A stretch of DNA of 64,000 bases, taken from Candidatus Moraniibacteriota bacterium. GTDB lineage: Bacteria; Patescibacteriota; Minisyncoccia; Moranbacterales; UBA2206. This document shows, in pieces, positions 18,021-28,171 of the stretch; the first letter of the stretch is position 1; each line of letters begins with the position of its first letter. The stretch lies in contig JAUXSK010000018.1 in NCBI GenBank assembly GCA_030679995.1, positions 41,828-105,827 on the forward strand, given 5' to 3'. The position numbers and the translations under genes are program-made. The notes under the pieces were generated by a model. The model worked only from the letters and a program-made list of their open reading frames with translations, did no database searches and had not been told where the DNA came from.

Positions 18021-19397
18021 ATGACCAACGAGGAACTTTGGCGGGCCGCTTTAGGGGAAATAGAGCTTTCGATCTCGAAGGCGAACTTCATCACATGGTT
18101 TAAAAACACCTCCATCCTATCAAACAATGATGGTCGCGTCATAATCGGCGTTCCTAACGGATTTGCCAAAGAATGGCTTGAAAACAAATACAATCTCTAT
18201 ATACTCAAAGCTTTGCGAAATATCCAGCCCTCTATAAAAGAGGTTTCTTGCGCCATAGGTTCCGAAAAGGAAAACGCCTTCCGAGAAAACCAGGTCGATG
18301 CGATCATCCCTCCAAAAAGGGTCGTTTTTGAAAAGCCACCGGTCGAAAAAAACTTTCAAATAAGCCAAGAAAATAACCTAAATCCTAAGTATATCTTTGA
18401 GAATTTTATCGTCGGTTCTAGTAATGAGCTGGCTAGGGCGGCCTGCTATGCCGTATCGCAAAATTTGGGCCGTATTTATAATCCGCTTTTCATTTATGGC
18501 GGAGTGGGCTTGGGAAAAACCCATTTATTGCAATCTATCGGCAATGAAATTCTTAAAAAAAATCCTTCCAAGAAAGTAAAATATATCACCTCTGAGCGCT
18601 TCACTAATGAACTGATCGACTCTATCCGGACCCAAAAAATAAACGAATTCAAAGAACATTACCAGAAAATCGACCTTTTAATCATCGACGATGTGCAATT
18701 CCTGTCCGGTAAAGAAAAAACTCAGGAAGAGTTTTTCCATATCTTTAATTACCTGTACCAACTAAACAAACAGATAGTTTTAAGCAGTGACCGCGCACCG
18801 AAAGCTATTCCGACTTTGGAAGAAAGGCTTCGTTCACGCTTTGAAGGCGGGATGATCGCAGATGTTTCCAAAGCTGATTTTGAAACAAGAATGGCTATTT
18901 TAAGCAAAAAGGCGGTTGATGAAGGGTTGACAATTTCCACCACCGCCCTTGATTTTATCGCCCAAAATATCACCCACAACATCCGCGAATTGGAAGGCGC
19001 GCTGAATCGCGTCATCGTCTCGTCGCAACTTACCAACCGGGAACCCACCTTAGATTATGTTTCCGCCCTATTATCAGACATTATCGCCAGTGGCAAAAAA
19101 AAGGGCATAACCCATAAACACATCATCGACGCCGTGTCTTCTTTTTATGATATTGACACCGCTGATTTGATTATGAAGAATAGAAAAAAAGAGGTTGTAA
19201 AACCCCGACAAGTAGCAATGTACCTTATGCGTAGTGAACTCCAATATTCCTACCCGGGAATCGGCGAAAAATTAGGTGGCAGAGACCACACCACCGCTAT
19301 CCATGCTTATGATAAAATATCCAAAGAATTAGAGTTCAATAAAAAACTACTTGAGGACGTCGCTTCTATTAAGGAGCAACTTTACAATATATCCTGA
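18021..19397 (+). CDS. dnaA: Chromosomal replication initiator DnaA.
   Basis: AAA+ Walker A GGVGLGKTHLL, sensor motifs and a C-terminal DnaA-box-binding domain. Confidence 0.95.
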   Translation: MTNEELWRAALGEIELSISKANFITWFKNTSILSNNDGRVIIGVPNGFAKEWLENKYNLYILKALRNIQPSIKEVSCAIGSEKENAFRENQVDAIIPPKRVVFEKPPVEKNFQISQENNLNPKYIFENFIVGSSNELARAACYAVSQNLGRIYNPLFIYGGVGLGKTHLLQSIGNEILKKNPSKKVKYITSERFTNELIDSIRTQKINEFKEHYQKIDLLIIDDVQFLSGKEKTQEEFFHIFNYLYQLNKQIVLSSDRAPKAIPTLEERLRSRFEGGMIADVSKADFETRMAILSKKAVDEGLTISTTALDFIAQNITHNIRELEGALNRVIVSSQLTNREPTLDYVSALLSDIIASGKKKGITHKHIIDAVSSFYDIDTADLIMKNRKKEVVKPRQVAMYLMRSELQYSYPGIGEKLGGRDHTTAIHAYDKISKELEFNKKLLEDVASIKEQLYNIS

Positions 19398-19672
19398 TAA
19401 CTTGTGGATAAACTGTATCCCAACCATTATCTATCCCTGTGTATATCTTCTGAATTAACCATATCCGCTGTGTGCACCCAAAAATAAATAATCCAATGTC
19501 TTGACTTATTCCCCAGCTATGAAAATCAGTGATAAAATATCAACTTATCAAATTATCCACAGTAAATTTACTTTATCTTAGCCATAAATAAGACATATCC
19601 CCAGAAATCCAATCCCTATATAATAAACAATAAACTTATAAATATTTAAAGATAAATTATTATATTAATACT
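19398..19672. promoter_or_regulatory. dnaA-dnaN intergenic region containing perfect DnaA boxes, the probable oriC.
   Basis: TGTGGATAA at 19404-19412 (reverse orientation) and TTATCCACA at 19553-19561, plus several one-mismatch boxes. The region is very AT-rich. Confidence 0.55.
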
Positions 19673-20827
19673 ATGAAACTAACTTGTACCCAAGAAAATT
19701 TTAAAAAAGCTGTCTTTAATTCGGAACGGATGGTTTCCAGACAAAACACCTTACCGATTTTAAATAATATTTTATTTGAAACTGAAAACGGGGGATTGAA
19801 ACTTTCTGCCACAAATCTTGAAATTGGGGTTTCCGTCCAAATCGGGGCAAAAATAGAAGAAGAGGGGAAAATAACTATTCCGGCTAAATTAATCAGTAAT
19901 TTCGTTAATAATCTGCCAGCTGGGGAAAATATATCCCTGGAAGTGATAGATCAAAGCCTTAAAATAAAAAGCGGTTCATCCAAAGCTGTAATAAAAGGCT
20001 TGTCAGCAGAGGATTTTCCTTTAATACCGAAAAAACAAACGGATTTCATATTGAATATACCAAGCTTGAAATTAAAAAATATAATTTCCAAGGTTATTAC
20101 ATGCGTGGCTTTTAATGAAACACGCCAAGAATTGACCGGGGTGAATCTTGTTTTAAAGGAAAAAGAAATTTTATTTGCCGCTACGGACAGCTTCCGTTTG
20201 GTCGAAAGCAGTTTGAAACTGGAAGAAGTGAATGTAAGCAGTGTTTATAAAGAATTTTTAGAGAAAAAAAATACATTCATTATTCCGGCAAATACCTTTG
20301 TGGAATTGGCGCGGATAATATCATCGGATATTGAAAGTGATATTAAAATAGTTTTTGAGGAGGGGCAGGTATTTTTTGAAATAGACGGTACGGATGTGGT
20401 TTCCCGCCTGATTAACGGTAAATATCCGGATTATAAACATATCGTGCCGGTAGAATTCAAAACCCGGATAGTGGGTGAAAAAAACATTTTTCAAGGAGCG
20501 CTTAAAATGTCCAGCGTTTTTTCAAGCGGGAAGACTAATGAAGTGGTGCTTAAAATCGATGCTGAGGAAAATAAACTCCTGATCGAAGCTAGGAGCGTAG
20601 AAGTGGGTGAAAACTCTTCAGAGCTCACTGTGGACATCGTGGGGTCATCTCAAGAAGTAGTTTTTAATTCAAAATATTTATTGGACGGGATAAACACGGT
20701 TATGACTTCGAAAGTTGCTATTCTTATGAATAATGCTTCCTCGCCGGTAGCGATCAAGGAAATCGATGAAAAAACCGGAGAAGTTTTAGAAGGGTATGTT
20801 TATATTGTAATGCCGATAAAGAATTAA
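19673..20827 (+). CDS. dnaN: DNA polymerase III beta sliding clamp.
   Basis: About 384 aa with the three-domain clamp pattern, directly downstream of dnaA. Confidence 0.9.
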   Translation: MKLTCTQENFKKAVFNSERMVSRQNTLPILNNILFETENGGLKLSATNLEIGVSVQIGAKIEEEGKITIPAKLISNFVNNLPAGENISLEVIDQSLKIKSGSSKAVIKGLSAEDFPLIPKKQTDFILNIPSLKLKNIISKVITCVAFNETRQELTGVNLVLKEKEILFAATDSFRLVESSLKLEEVNVSSVYKEFLEKKNTFIIPANTFVELARIISSDIESDIKIVFEEGQVFFEIDGTDVVSRLINGKYPDYKHIVPVEFKTRIVGEKNIFQGALKMSSVFSSGKTNEVVLKIDAEENKLLIEARSVEVGENSSELTVDIVGSSQEVVFNSKYLLDGINTVMTSKVAILMNNASSPVAIKEIDEKTGEVLEGYVYIVMPIKN

Positions 20828-20914
20828 GCTCAGTTTTATCGCGATAAATCGTTGGGACGTCGCGGGGAATTAATTTCTCGGCAAATTGTCCCATAATAAA
20901 TCGAAGGTCATTTT

Positions 20915-21196
20915 TTGCAAATCAACCAGCTCTTTCGATTTGATGATGATCGCTATTTTTTCTTTCCACGAGGCGATGAGCATTTTGTTGTTGTTGATAT
21001 TCACTTCTGGGGAAAAGGTCATTTTGTCTTCCGGCAAAAGTGTTTGGTTATGTGCGAAGAATGTGGTGGTCAGTGGGTGTACTCAGGCTCGGGGGAGCAA
21101 ATGCAGTATCGGTTCTGTAAAAAATGCGGGGCGGAGGAGTTAGTGATCTATCCACTCGGTAAAAAAAGAATAGCATTATGTAGGAACCAAGTATGA
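20915..21196 (+). CDS. Small zinc-ribbon hypothetical protein.
   Basis: CEECGG...(17 aa)...CKKCGA, a C4 zinc-ribbon pattern. It was preferred over the overlapping 20886-21143 frame. Confidence 0.3.
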   Translation: MQINQLFRFDDDRYFFFPRGDEHFVVVDIHFWGKGHFVFRQKCLVMCEECGGQWVYSGSGEQMQYRFCKKCGAEELVIYPLGKKRIALCRNQV

Positions 21197-21279
21197 CCGC
21201 AAACCAAAAAAATAATTAAAGAAGGTGAAAAAGTTTAATTCACAAGGCGGAAACTCATCGAAATTCCCCGCCTTTTTAT

Positions 21280-21597
21280 TTGCTTAAAAGCCGGCTTTTG
21301 ATTATGCTGTATGATATGAAATCGCTTAAAAACTATTTGGTCAAAAGGGATGTTTTTCAACCCAAGACGCTGGATGACCAGACGGTTTTTTATGTTTTCC
21401 GCAAGGTTATCAAGGAGGAATTCGGCAATGTGGGCATTGAAAAGCTGATTCCGGATTATTACAAAAACAAGACGATATTCGTGAAATCAGACAGTTCGGC
21501 TTGGTCTTCGGAGATGTGGCTGCAAAAGGATCGGATCGTGCGCAAGATGAACGCCGAATTGGGCGAAGGATCGATTGAGAAAATCAAAGTCAAATAA
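21280..21597 (+). CDS. DUF721 (DciA-like) protein.
   Basis: IFVKSDSSAWSSEMWLQKDRIVRKMNAELGEGSIEKIKV matches the DUF721 core. It lies near dnaN as in many genomes. The start may be the internal Met at ~21313. Confidence 0.55.
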   Translation: MLKSRLLIMLYDMKSLKNYLVKRDVFQPKTLDDQTVFYVFRKVIKEEFGNVGIEKLIPDYYKNKTIFVKSDSSAWSSEMWLQKDRIVRKMNAELGEGSIEKIKVK

Positions 21598-21625
21598 AAA
21601 ACCTCGGATTTCCGAGGTTTTTTTG
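21598..21625. terminator. Bidirectional rho-independent terminator between the convergent DUF721 gene and the PBP1a gene.
   Basis: AAAAACCTCGGATTTCCGAGGTTTTTTT: a GC stem flanked by an A-run and a T-run. Confidence 0.7.
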
Positions 21626-21634
21626 CGAAGTCTA

Positions 21635-24166
21635 CTAGGGGGTTGAAACGATGTTGGTATGGATCGTGATGTTCGTGTTTTTGGATTTGTCATTTTTATC
21701 AACGGCGACGGCTTTGATTTCCAGGTCGGACGTCTTTTTGCTATCAGGCACGGAATAATCATAGCTTAAAGATGAACCGTTTTTAGAAGAGACTTCGTCA
21801 TCATCGACATATAAGGTTATTTTATCTATATCGAAAGCGGAAGAAGCCGAGACTTTGATTGTGACGGTGTCGGAAGTTATCGTCGCGCCATTGGAGGGTG
21901 AAGTTATTTTCACTTTCGGAGCGATGCTGGAAAAATCATCAGACTCGCATTTTTTGGTAGGTGCTGAATCATTGGAAAGGTTTTTATCTTTCTCGGCATA
22001 TTTCTGGACAGCCTTTTCCCAATTTTTAAATTGCGGATCATCTTCAGGGTCTTTAGGGGCATCTCCGCGCGGATCATCCTTTTTGACATACCATAAGATG
22101 GAATGGGCGGAGAAGAATTTTTTCTTAGTTTTGAGGCTGTCCGGGCAGGCATCGGTAGCTAGGCAGTAGTCGTCGTTTTTACCAGGTATCTCGCAGACCT
22201 CGATTTTTTCTTCCGTGTCAAGCTTGCCATTCAGAATCGGCTTGCCGGCATCTTCCGTTTCATATTTCGGAAATTGTTCCACATTATAGTTTTTCAAAGC
22301 GCCATCCATAAATTTCCGCCAGATCGGAGCGGCCACATAGATTCCGTCAGCCCCCTGGGCCATCGTGGAATTGTCATTGTTGCCAGCCCAGACACCAGCA
22401 ACAAGGGATGGCGTGTAACCCATTGCCCATCCGTCGCGCCATTCATTGGTGGTCCCGGTTTTGGCGGCTACGGGACGGTCAGTGAAATTGAACGGATTGT
22501 TGGTTCCGAAAACCGGAGCGCGCAAGGAATTGGTGGACATTACGTAATCAAGCATAGTCACATATTTTTCGTCGATGACTCTTTGGCCGGGGTCGCTTTG
22601 GTATTCTTCAAGAATTTTTCCGGATGAGTCGGTTATTTTCAAGATAGCGGTTTTGTCATGATGGACTCCGCCGGTAGCTAGGGATCCATAGGCATTCGTA
22701 TGGTCAAGCAAGGTCACTTCGCCGCCGCCCAATACCAAAGAGAGTCCGTAATCGAAGGATTTGTCCAAGGTGGTTATACCAAGCGCCTTGGCAGTCGTAA
22801 TGGAATCCTGGACTCCAGCCAGATAGAGCGTTTGGACAGCAGGAACGTTTAGGGACATCGCTAGCGCATCTTTCATTTGGAGCAGCCCGTGATTTTTCCC
22901 GTCATAATTTTTAGGGTTGTAGCTTTTTCCGGAATCGGTTGAAAAATCGGTGTCTACGTCCCACATTTGGGTTTCCGGAGTATAGCCTTTTTTAAAGGCC
23001 GTCAGATAGACATAGGGTTTGAAGGACGATCCGGGCTGGCGGTTACGGATAGTGACATTGACTTGTCCATCAATGGATTTGTCAAAATAATCCTTGCTGC
23101 CTACCATCGCCAGTATTTGTCCGGTACGCGGATCCATCGCGACCATTGCGGCATTTTCAGCCCCATATTTTTTCGTGTTGGATTCCGCGCCTTCTTTGAC
23201 AGCCTGTTCGGCTAATTGTTGTTTATCCCAATCAAGCGTGGTGTAGACCTTAAGGCCGCCTTGTTCCAATGCTTGCTGCCCATAAGTTTTTTCCAGATAT
23301 TCCTTGATGTACATTACGAAATGTGGCGCGGAAATATTTTCCGAAGACGGCCGTATTTTTGCCAATATATCGACTTCCTTGGCTGCGGCGGCTTGTTCCT
23401 GGGAGATGTAACCGAATTTTTCCATCTGGGTCAGCGCATACAGCTGTCTGCCTCGCAAGGCGTCGGCATTATTTCCATAAGGGGAATAATAGGATGGCGC
23501 TTGGGGCAGGGCGGCTAGAAGGGCGGCCTCATCAAGCGTGAGTTCTGAAGCATGTTTGCCGAAAAAAGTTTGCGCGGCCGCTTCGACGCCATAGGCATTG
23601 GAGCCGTAGGGGATTTCATTGAGGTACATCGCCAATATTTCATCCTTGGAAAATTTAAGCTCGATTTCGATGGCCAGAATCAACTCTTTGATTTTGCGGG
23701 AAAGTGACCTTTCATCGGTAAGGATGGAGTTTTTGACGAATTGCTGGGTAATCGTGGAGCCGCCCCGTCCGCCACCTCGGCGCAAGACGTTTGAAATTAC
23801 GGCATTGGCCAAACCTCGCACATCAAAACCCGGGTGGTGGTAAAAATTCTGGTCTTCCAGGGAAATGGTGGCGTATTTGATGGCATCCGGCATATCGGTG
23901 AATTGGATTTGGGTCCTTTTTTCTTCACCATGGATGTCGTAGAGCAGATGGTCGCCCGTGCGGTCGTAGATTTTAGTCGATTCCGTAACGACCCGTTTGC
24001 TGATTCCATTGGCGCTGGGCAAATCTTTGGCGAAATAGACGAAAATGCCCAAAATCATAAGCACGGAAAGGCCTGTCGCATAAGCGCTGATCCTACCAAA
24101 CATCCGCCAGCGGTTTTTGCTGGAGGTATTTTTGAAATTTCTTAAGGGAGAGAATATTTTGTCCAT
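21635..24166 (-). CDS. Class A penicillin-binding protein (PBP1a, transglycosylase plus transpeptidase) with a C-terminal Ig-like extension.
   Basis: GT51 motif EDQNFYHHPGFDVRG, SxxK transpeptidase motif SSFKPYVY, an N-terminal TM helix and a C-terminal beta-rich tail. Confidence 0.9.
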   Translation of the reverse strand: MDKIFSPLRNFKNTSSKNRWRMFGRISAYATGLSVLMILGIFVYFAKDLPSANGISKRVVTESTKIYDRTGDHLLYDIHGEEKRTQIQFTDMPDAIKYATISLEDQNFYHHPGFDVRGLANAVISNVLRRGGGRGGSTITQQFVKNSILTDERSLSRKIKELILAIEIELKFSKDEILAMYLNEIPYGSNAYGVEAAAQTFFGKHASELTLDEAALLAALPQAPSYYSPYGNNADALRGRQLYALTQMEKFGYISQEQAAAAKEVDILAKIRPSSENISAPHFVMYIKEYLEKTYGQQALEQGGLKVYTTLDWDKQQLAEQAVKEGAESNTKKYGAENAAMVAMDPRTGQILAMVGSKDYFDKSIDGQVNVTIRNRQPGSSFKPYVYLTAFKKGYTPETQMWDVDTDFSTDSGKSYNPKNYDGKNHGLLQMKDALAMSLNVPAVQTLYLAGVQDSITTAKALGITTLDKSFDYGLSLVLGGGEVTLLDHTNAYGSLATGGVHHDKTAILKITDSSGKILEEYQSDPGQRVIDEKYVTMLDYVMSTNSLRAPVFGTNNPFNFTDRPVAAKTGTTNEWRDGWAMGYTPSLVAGVWAGNNDNSTMAQGADGIYVAAPIWRKFMDGALKNYNVEQFPKYETEDAGKPILNGKLDTEEKIEVCEIPGKNDDYCLATDACPDSLKTKKKFFSAHSILWYVKKDDPRGDAPKDPEDDPQFKNWEKAVQKYAEKDKNLSNDSAPTKKCESDDFSSIAPKVKITSPSNGATITSDTVTIKVSASSAFDIDKITLYVDDDEVSSKNGSSLSYDYSVPDSKKTSDLEIKAVAVDKNDKSKNTNITIHTNIVSTP

Positions 24167-24244
24167 AAAATATTATATTTTAAAATACAGCCGAAAGAGG
24201 GTATTTACAGTCATCATCGGAATGCCGTGAAGTCAATTGGTATT

Positions 24245-26200
24245 CTACGATAATTCCGGGTTTTTATCAAGCTCGTCGGCGGGGCTGTTTTCGGATATTT
24301 GAAGTTTATAGCCATCCTTGATTTTATCCCAAATTTTCAAGGCATATCGTGACGGGGTTTTAATTTTAGCCGCGTCAAGAAAACCAAGCTTCGCGAGGGA
24401 GGTGATAGTTTCCAGATTGATGCCTAGATAGGCGTATTTTTCTTTGCCGATAGCTTTTAGCTTGTCCATCAGTAAAAGTTGCTCCAAATAGGCGGTGGCA
24501 TCGCTTCGCGTAAGGATTCCGGACTGCCCTGAAAAACCAGTAGCGCTGTTAAAGAGTCTCTTAACCGATCCGATAGCCGTTTTTAAGCGCAAGTCTACTT
24601 TTTTTTGAAAGTTTTTGTCCGTAATAATCCCAGCGTCCAGCTGGGCCTTTAAAATTTTATAGGCACTATCGTAGAAAGCGGATACACAATCTAAATAATC
24701 TCCGCCTCGCAGCCGGCAAACCATCGCTCGGACGTAATGTGGTATGGGTATCGAACGGGTGCCAAAAGCTTCAGTGGAGATGATGTCCTGCATATGCATC
24801 GCTCCTCCTTCCGCATAGATTCCTCTTCTGTCGCTATTGATGCGGTTGAATAATGTAAGCGGCAGGGCCTCCCTGTTTATTTTTTGAAAAATATGGGCGA
24901 TTTCATGTCCAAGCATAACGGAAATAACGGACTCGACCGTCCTTTTTTTATTTTCAGTGTGTCCCAATTCGTAGACTTTTCGTTTTTGATCAATGTTGTT
25001 CGTTTTAAATTCAGGTCCGGTTACGACTTGCCATTTGCCGTCTGGCGCAGGGTTTTCCCTGGATGGATCATATTCTAAACTTGGATAGACGCTTTTTTCC
25101 TTACAATTTTCCAATAACTCCTCGACCCAGGGGAGATATTGTTCAACGGACATTTTCGCATCGAGAATTTTTTTAGGATCCAGGCCTTTTTTTTGGATGT
25201 TTTCATTTGTGGATAAGGCATTTTCCAAATAAAGCTTTTCTATTTGATCGGCATACCCCTCGATTTCTTTACTGATCTGCTCCCTGTCTCCAGAAGCGTT
25301 GTATTCTTGGGAGGCGCCGTAAATGAATTTATCGAAACGGGCTAGTGTTTTTTCTGGATCGGAAAGTCCATAAAAAAGCTGGATGTCGTCCGGATGCTTT
25401 TTGGCGGGATGGGCTAGGGCGCTTTCTTCTTTTGAAATCGTTTCGTCGCCCAAAATGTCTGCCGTATTTTTGGCGGCTATTCCAAAAAAAACTTGGTTAG
25501 CGATCATTTCATTGACTCTTTTTTTGTAGAGAGTCAATATTTCGCGTAAACCTTCGTTCAGGCCTGAAGATGGCGTCGCGGGAGAACCGAGGCTGGCGAG
25601 TTTTTCCTTGAGAAAATGTTTAAAAATGCGTAGCTGGCTGATTTTTTTTAAAGAAATGTCCGGAGTCAATAGGATAGTGGCTCTTTCCGGCAAGGGCGTC
25701 TCGGGATTGATTCGCAGGCTTCCGTCAACCGCTTTTTGTCGGGAGAGCCTGAGAAAGAAATTATTATCGGAAAAGTTTATGGATCTTCCAAAAAGTTCGG
25801 CGACTTCCTTTGAGGAAACGGTTTTTTCATCAATCAATTGCCTGATAGCTTGGCGGTTTTTCAAGATGGAGGCTGTGACAGCTTGGATCGTTTCCCCGTC
25901 CAATTCTATCCCGGTAGTGGCGAAAAAGTCTTTGCGTCCCGCATCGGATAGGAAATATTCGGGATAGAAAGTATGGCTGACAGATACTAATTTGTAGATA
26001 GTCTCGAAATTTCCCCCTAGTTCATTTTCAAAATCCAGAAGCTCCGCGATTTCTTTTTTAGATAATTCTATTTTTGGCAACTCCCCAGACTCGATTTTCT
26101 CCAAATTTTCAATTTTTTGATCGACGCCAGCCGATGCGCGTTCCGGATACAGTCGAGTTGTTTTTTGGGTTTCAAAATTCATAAAGTCCGAACTAAACAC
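24245..26200 (-). CDS. Large HExxH zinc-metallopeptidase-like protein. It is a putative gluzincin, possibly a DUF1704/MATCAP-type carboxypeptidase.
   Basis: HEIAHIF, with a candidate third zinc-ligand Glu 27 residues later (YAEGGAMHMQ). The DUF1704 assignment is from memory and needs an HMM search. Confidence 0.45.
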   Translation of the reverse strand: MFSSDFMNFETQKTTRLYPERASAGVDQKIENLEKIESGELPKIELSKKEIAELLDFENELGGNFETIYKLVSVSHTFYPEYFLSDAGRKDFFATTGIELDGETIQAVTASILKNRQAIRQLIDEKTVSSKEVAELFGRSINFSDNNFFLRLSRQKAVDGSLRINPETPLPERATILLTPDISLKKISQLRIFKHFLKEKLASLGSPATPSSGLNEGLREILTLYKKRVNEMIANQVFFGIAAKNTADILGDETISKEESALAHPAKKHPDDIQLFYGLSDPEKTLARFDKFIYGASQEYNASGDREQISKEIEGYADQIEKLYLENALSTNENIQKKGLDPKKILDAKMSVEQYLPWVEELLENCKEKSVYPSLEYDPSRENPAPDGKWQVVTGPEFKTNNIDQKRKVYELGHTENKKRTVESVISVMLGHEIAHIFQKINREALPLTLFNRINSDRRGIYAEGGAMHMQDIISTEAFGTRSIPIPHYVRAMVCRLRGGDYLDCVSAFYDSAYKILKAQLDAGIITDKNFQKKVDLRLKTAIGSVKRLFNSATGFSGQSGILTRSDATAYLEQLLLMDKLKAIGKEKYAYLGINLETITSLAKLGFLDAAKIKTPSRYALKIWDKIKDGYKLQISENSPADELDKNPELS

Positions 26201-26294
26201 TAAGTAGTTTAATTATAGGACTATATTATGATTTTTCCAAAAAAAAATAAGCTTGCGAATAGCCCATTGATATTCCGGAGGAGAAGCGCCGGCT

Positions 26295-27239
26295 TTAAAC
26301 ATCCGCCAATCGTCCAAGTGATTGCAAAACGCTTTTTATGAAAACAGCGGAATTTTTCATTTTTTCCGAAGGAAAGCCGATCTGGTCATTCAATTCAAAA
26401 ACGAACGGTTCCGCCCCGTTTTGGACACCAAGATCGATAGAATAGACCGGACGGTTGAATTTTTCATCGATGCGCTCTTGTATTTTTTTCACCCTATCGA
26501 TGATGAATGCCGGGATATTTTCAAGGGGGACTTCTTTGATCGATCCGCCCTGGGCGACATTGGCCAGAAGCGATCCCTCCTTGGGCGCGCGTACATGACT
26601 CAAGACGATTTTGCCATCCGCGATCACTATGCGCAAATCATGGTGGCCATCGATAATCCCGGGGATTCCGCGGGAAGTATCGACAAATTCTTGAAGAATA
26701 TATTCGCGACCCTCTGGGATATCTGCTTGTTTTATTTTTTCCGCGCGATCAATCACGATCCCGTTGCCGCACATCCCGTTGGCGGGCTTGAGCACGACCA
26801 ACGCGGACGGAGAAAATGATTCCAGTTGCCGCAATAGTCCGGCCCTGTCTTTGATCTGGGAGCTTTTGGGCATAAAATCGCCGATAAATTCCTGAGTCGC
26901 ATTTTTATTGTTGCACAATCTTTTAAAATGGATATTATTCAAAGTTTTAGAGCCGGCATCTTCAGTCGGAAAAGACATCCCGCCGCTCCGATCGAAAACG
27001 GCATCCGCCTCGATGCTTTCCGTTTCCGGTTCAAAAAAAATTCCATTATAGCGATAGGCGTTATTGAAGACCAAAGGGCCTGTAGCGTCGGTTTTGCCGC
27101 TGGCGATATACATATCGAAGCCTTCAGCTAAGCCTTGTTTGAAAAAATCATGATAGACGCTCCTTTTCGCATCGAAAGTGGAGAAGGGATCCTTTTCCAT
27201 CTTACGCCTATGGAAATACATCACTATTTTTTTTCGCAT
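26295..27239 (-). CDS. ATP-grasp domain protein (amidoligase).
   Basis: LVVLKPANGMCGNGIVI and YILQEFVD...HHDLRIVIADGKIV are ATP-grasp core motifs. Confidence 0.6.
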   Translation of the reverse strand: MRKKIVMYFHRRKMEKDPFSTFDAKRSVYHDFFKQGLAEGFDMYIASGKTDATGPLVFNNAYRYNGIFFEPETESIEADAVFDRSGGMSFPTEDAGSKTLNNIHFKRLCNNKNATQEFIGDFMPKSSQIKDRAGLLRQLESFSPSALVVLKPANGMCGNGIVIDRAEKIKQADIPEGREYILQEFVDTSRGIPGIIDGHHDLRIVIADGKIVLSHVRAPKEGSLLANVAQGGSIKEVPLENIPAFIIDRVKKIQERIDEKFNRPVYSIDLGVQNGAEPFVFELNDQIGFPSEKMKNSAVFIKSVLQSLGRLADV

Positions 27240-28135
27240 ACGGTTAAATATTCAGCTAATTTTTTAATTTCAGGTGAAATATTGATATCCAGCGTGAGTG
27301 CCGGGCAACTGTTAACCTCGAATATCACAGGACTTCCGTCCGGCCGTTCGATGACATCTACGCCTGCGACCTGGATATGCGTCGTTCGGGCTGCCAAAAC
27401 AGCCTCTTTTTTGATACGGTTTCCGACTGTGGAAATATCGACAAATTCTTCAGTCGCCCCCAAATGCACGTTGTTCCGGAAAGCTTCTTTTTCAGAGCGG
27501 ATTTTTTTCTCAGTTACGGCCACTTTGCTTCCAGTCACAAGGATTCGATATTCAAAATCATTGGGGATGAATTCCTGCAGGAAGATTTCCTTGCGGTCAT
27601 CCTGACTGGATCTTTCCAGGATGATTTTTTCCAGCTCACTGATATTTTTGGCCAAAAAAACACCCGCCCCTTGCGAAGAGTTGCATTCTTTGACTACGAT
27701 CGGCAATTTCAGATATGTTACGGCATTGCGCAGGTGCTTTTTCGGATATGATCCGGCGAAATAAGTCTTGGGAATGGAAATCCCTGCCAACGCCAGGCGG
27801 AACATCTGGGTTATCTTGGCGGCATCGGATGCGTCCTTAGTTTGTTCATGGTAGCGGTCGATCAGATTGACTCCGGATTTTTTCGCTATGTGCGCCAGCA
27901 TATGGGCAACACCCCTGTTCCGGCCGACCTTTCTGATATAAATATTGTTCCAGGATGTCACCGGTTTCCCGCAAATCGACAATCCGACTTTGTTTTTTTC
28001 TATTTGAATTTCGGTCTCTTCTAGACTGGAAACGGAAAAATCCACTCCTTTCCGGGCGAGTTCGGCGCCGGTCAGGCGTAAAAATTTTTTCATTTTCGGT
28101 CCGGTCTTCTTCTTGTTTTTTAATATCAGCAACAT
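27224..28135 (-). CDS. RimK-family alpha-L-glutamate-ligase-like ATP-grasp enzyme.
   Basis: PIVVKECNSSQGAGVFL, LQEFIPNDFEYRILVTGSKV and GVDVIERPDGSPVIFEVNSCP are RimK-like motifs. Confidence 0.7.
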   Translation of the reverse strand: MLLILKNKKKTGPKMKKFLRLTGAELARKGVDFSVSSLEETEIQIEKNKVGLSICGKPVTSWNNIYIRKVGRNRGVAHMLAHIAKKSGVNLIDRYHEQTKDASDAAKITQMFRLALAGISIPKTYFAGSYPKKHLRNAVTYLKLPIVVKECNSSQGAGVFLAKNISELEKIILERSSQDDRKEIFLQEFIPNDFEYRILVTGSKVAVTEKKIRSEKEAFRNNVHLGATEEFVDISTVGNRIKKEAVLAARTTHIQVAGVDVIERPDGSPVIFEVNSCPALTLDINISPEIKKLAEYLTVCEKK

Positions 28136-28171
28136 AAGCGTTTTTAGTTACTTATTATAAAAACGGCTGGG

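Noticed and set aside
20886-21143. 85-aa ORF overlapping the zinc-ribbon ORF in another frame.
   Set aside because: Hydrophobic low-complexity product without motifs. The 20915-21196 frame has a C4 zinc-ribbon pattern and was preferred, though both calls are low-confidence.
21635-24166. Numerous 60-120-aa antisense or alternative-frame ORFs inside PBP1a, and likewise inside the tandem pilB, polA, dnaA and the ATP-grasp genes.
   Set aside because: All lie within long ORFs that have strong family motifs, and none has independent motif support.
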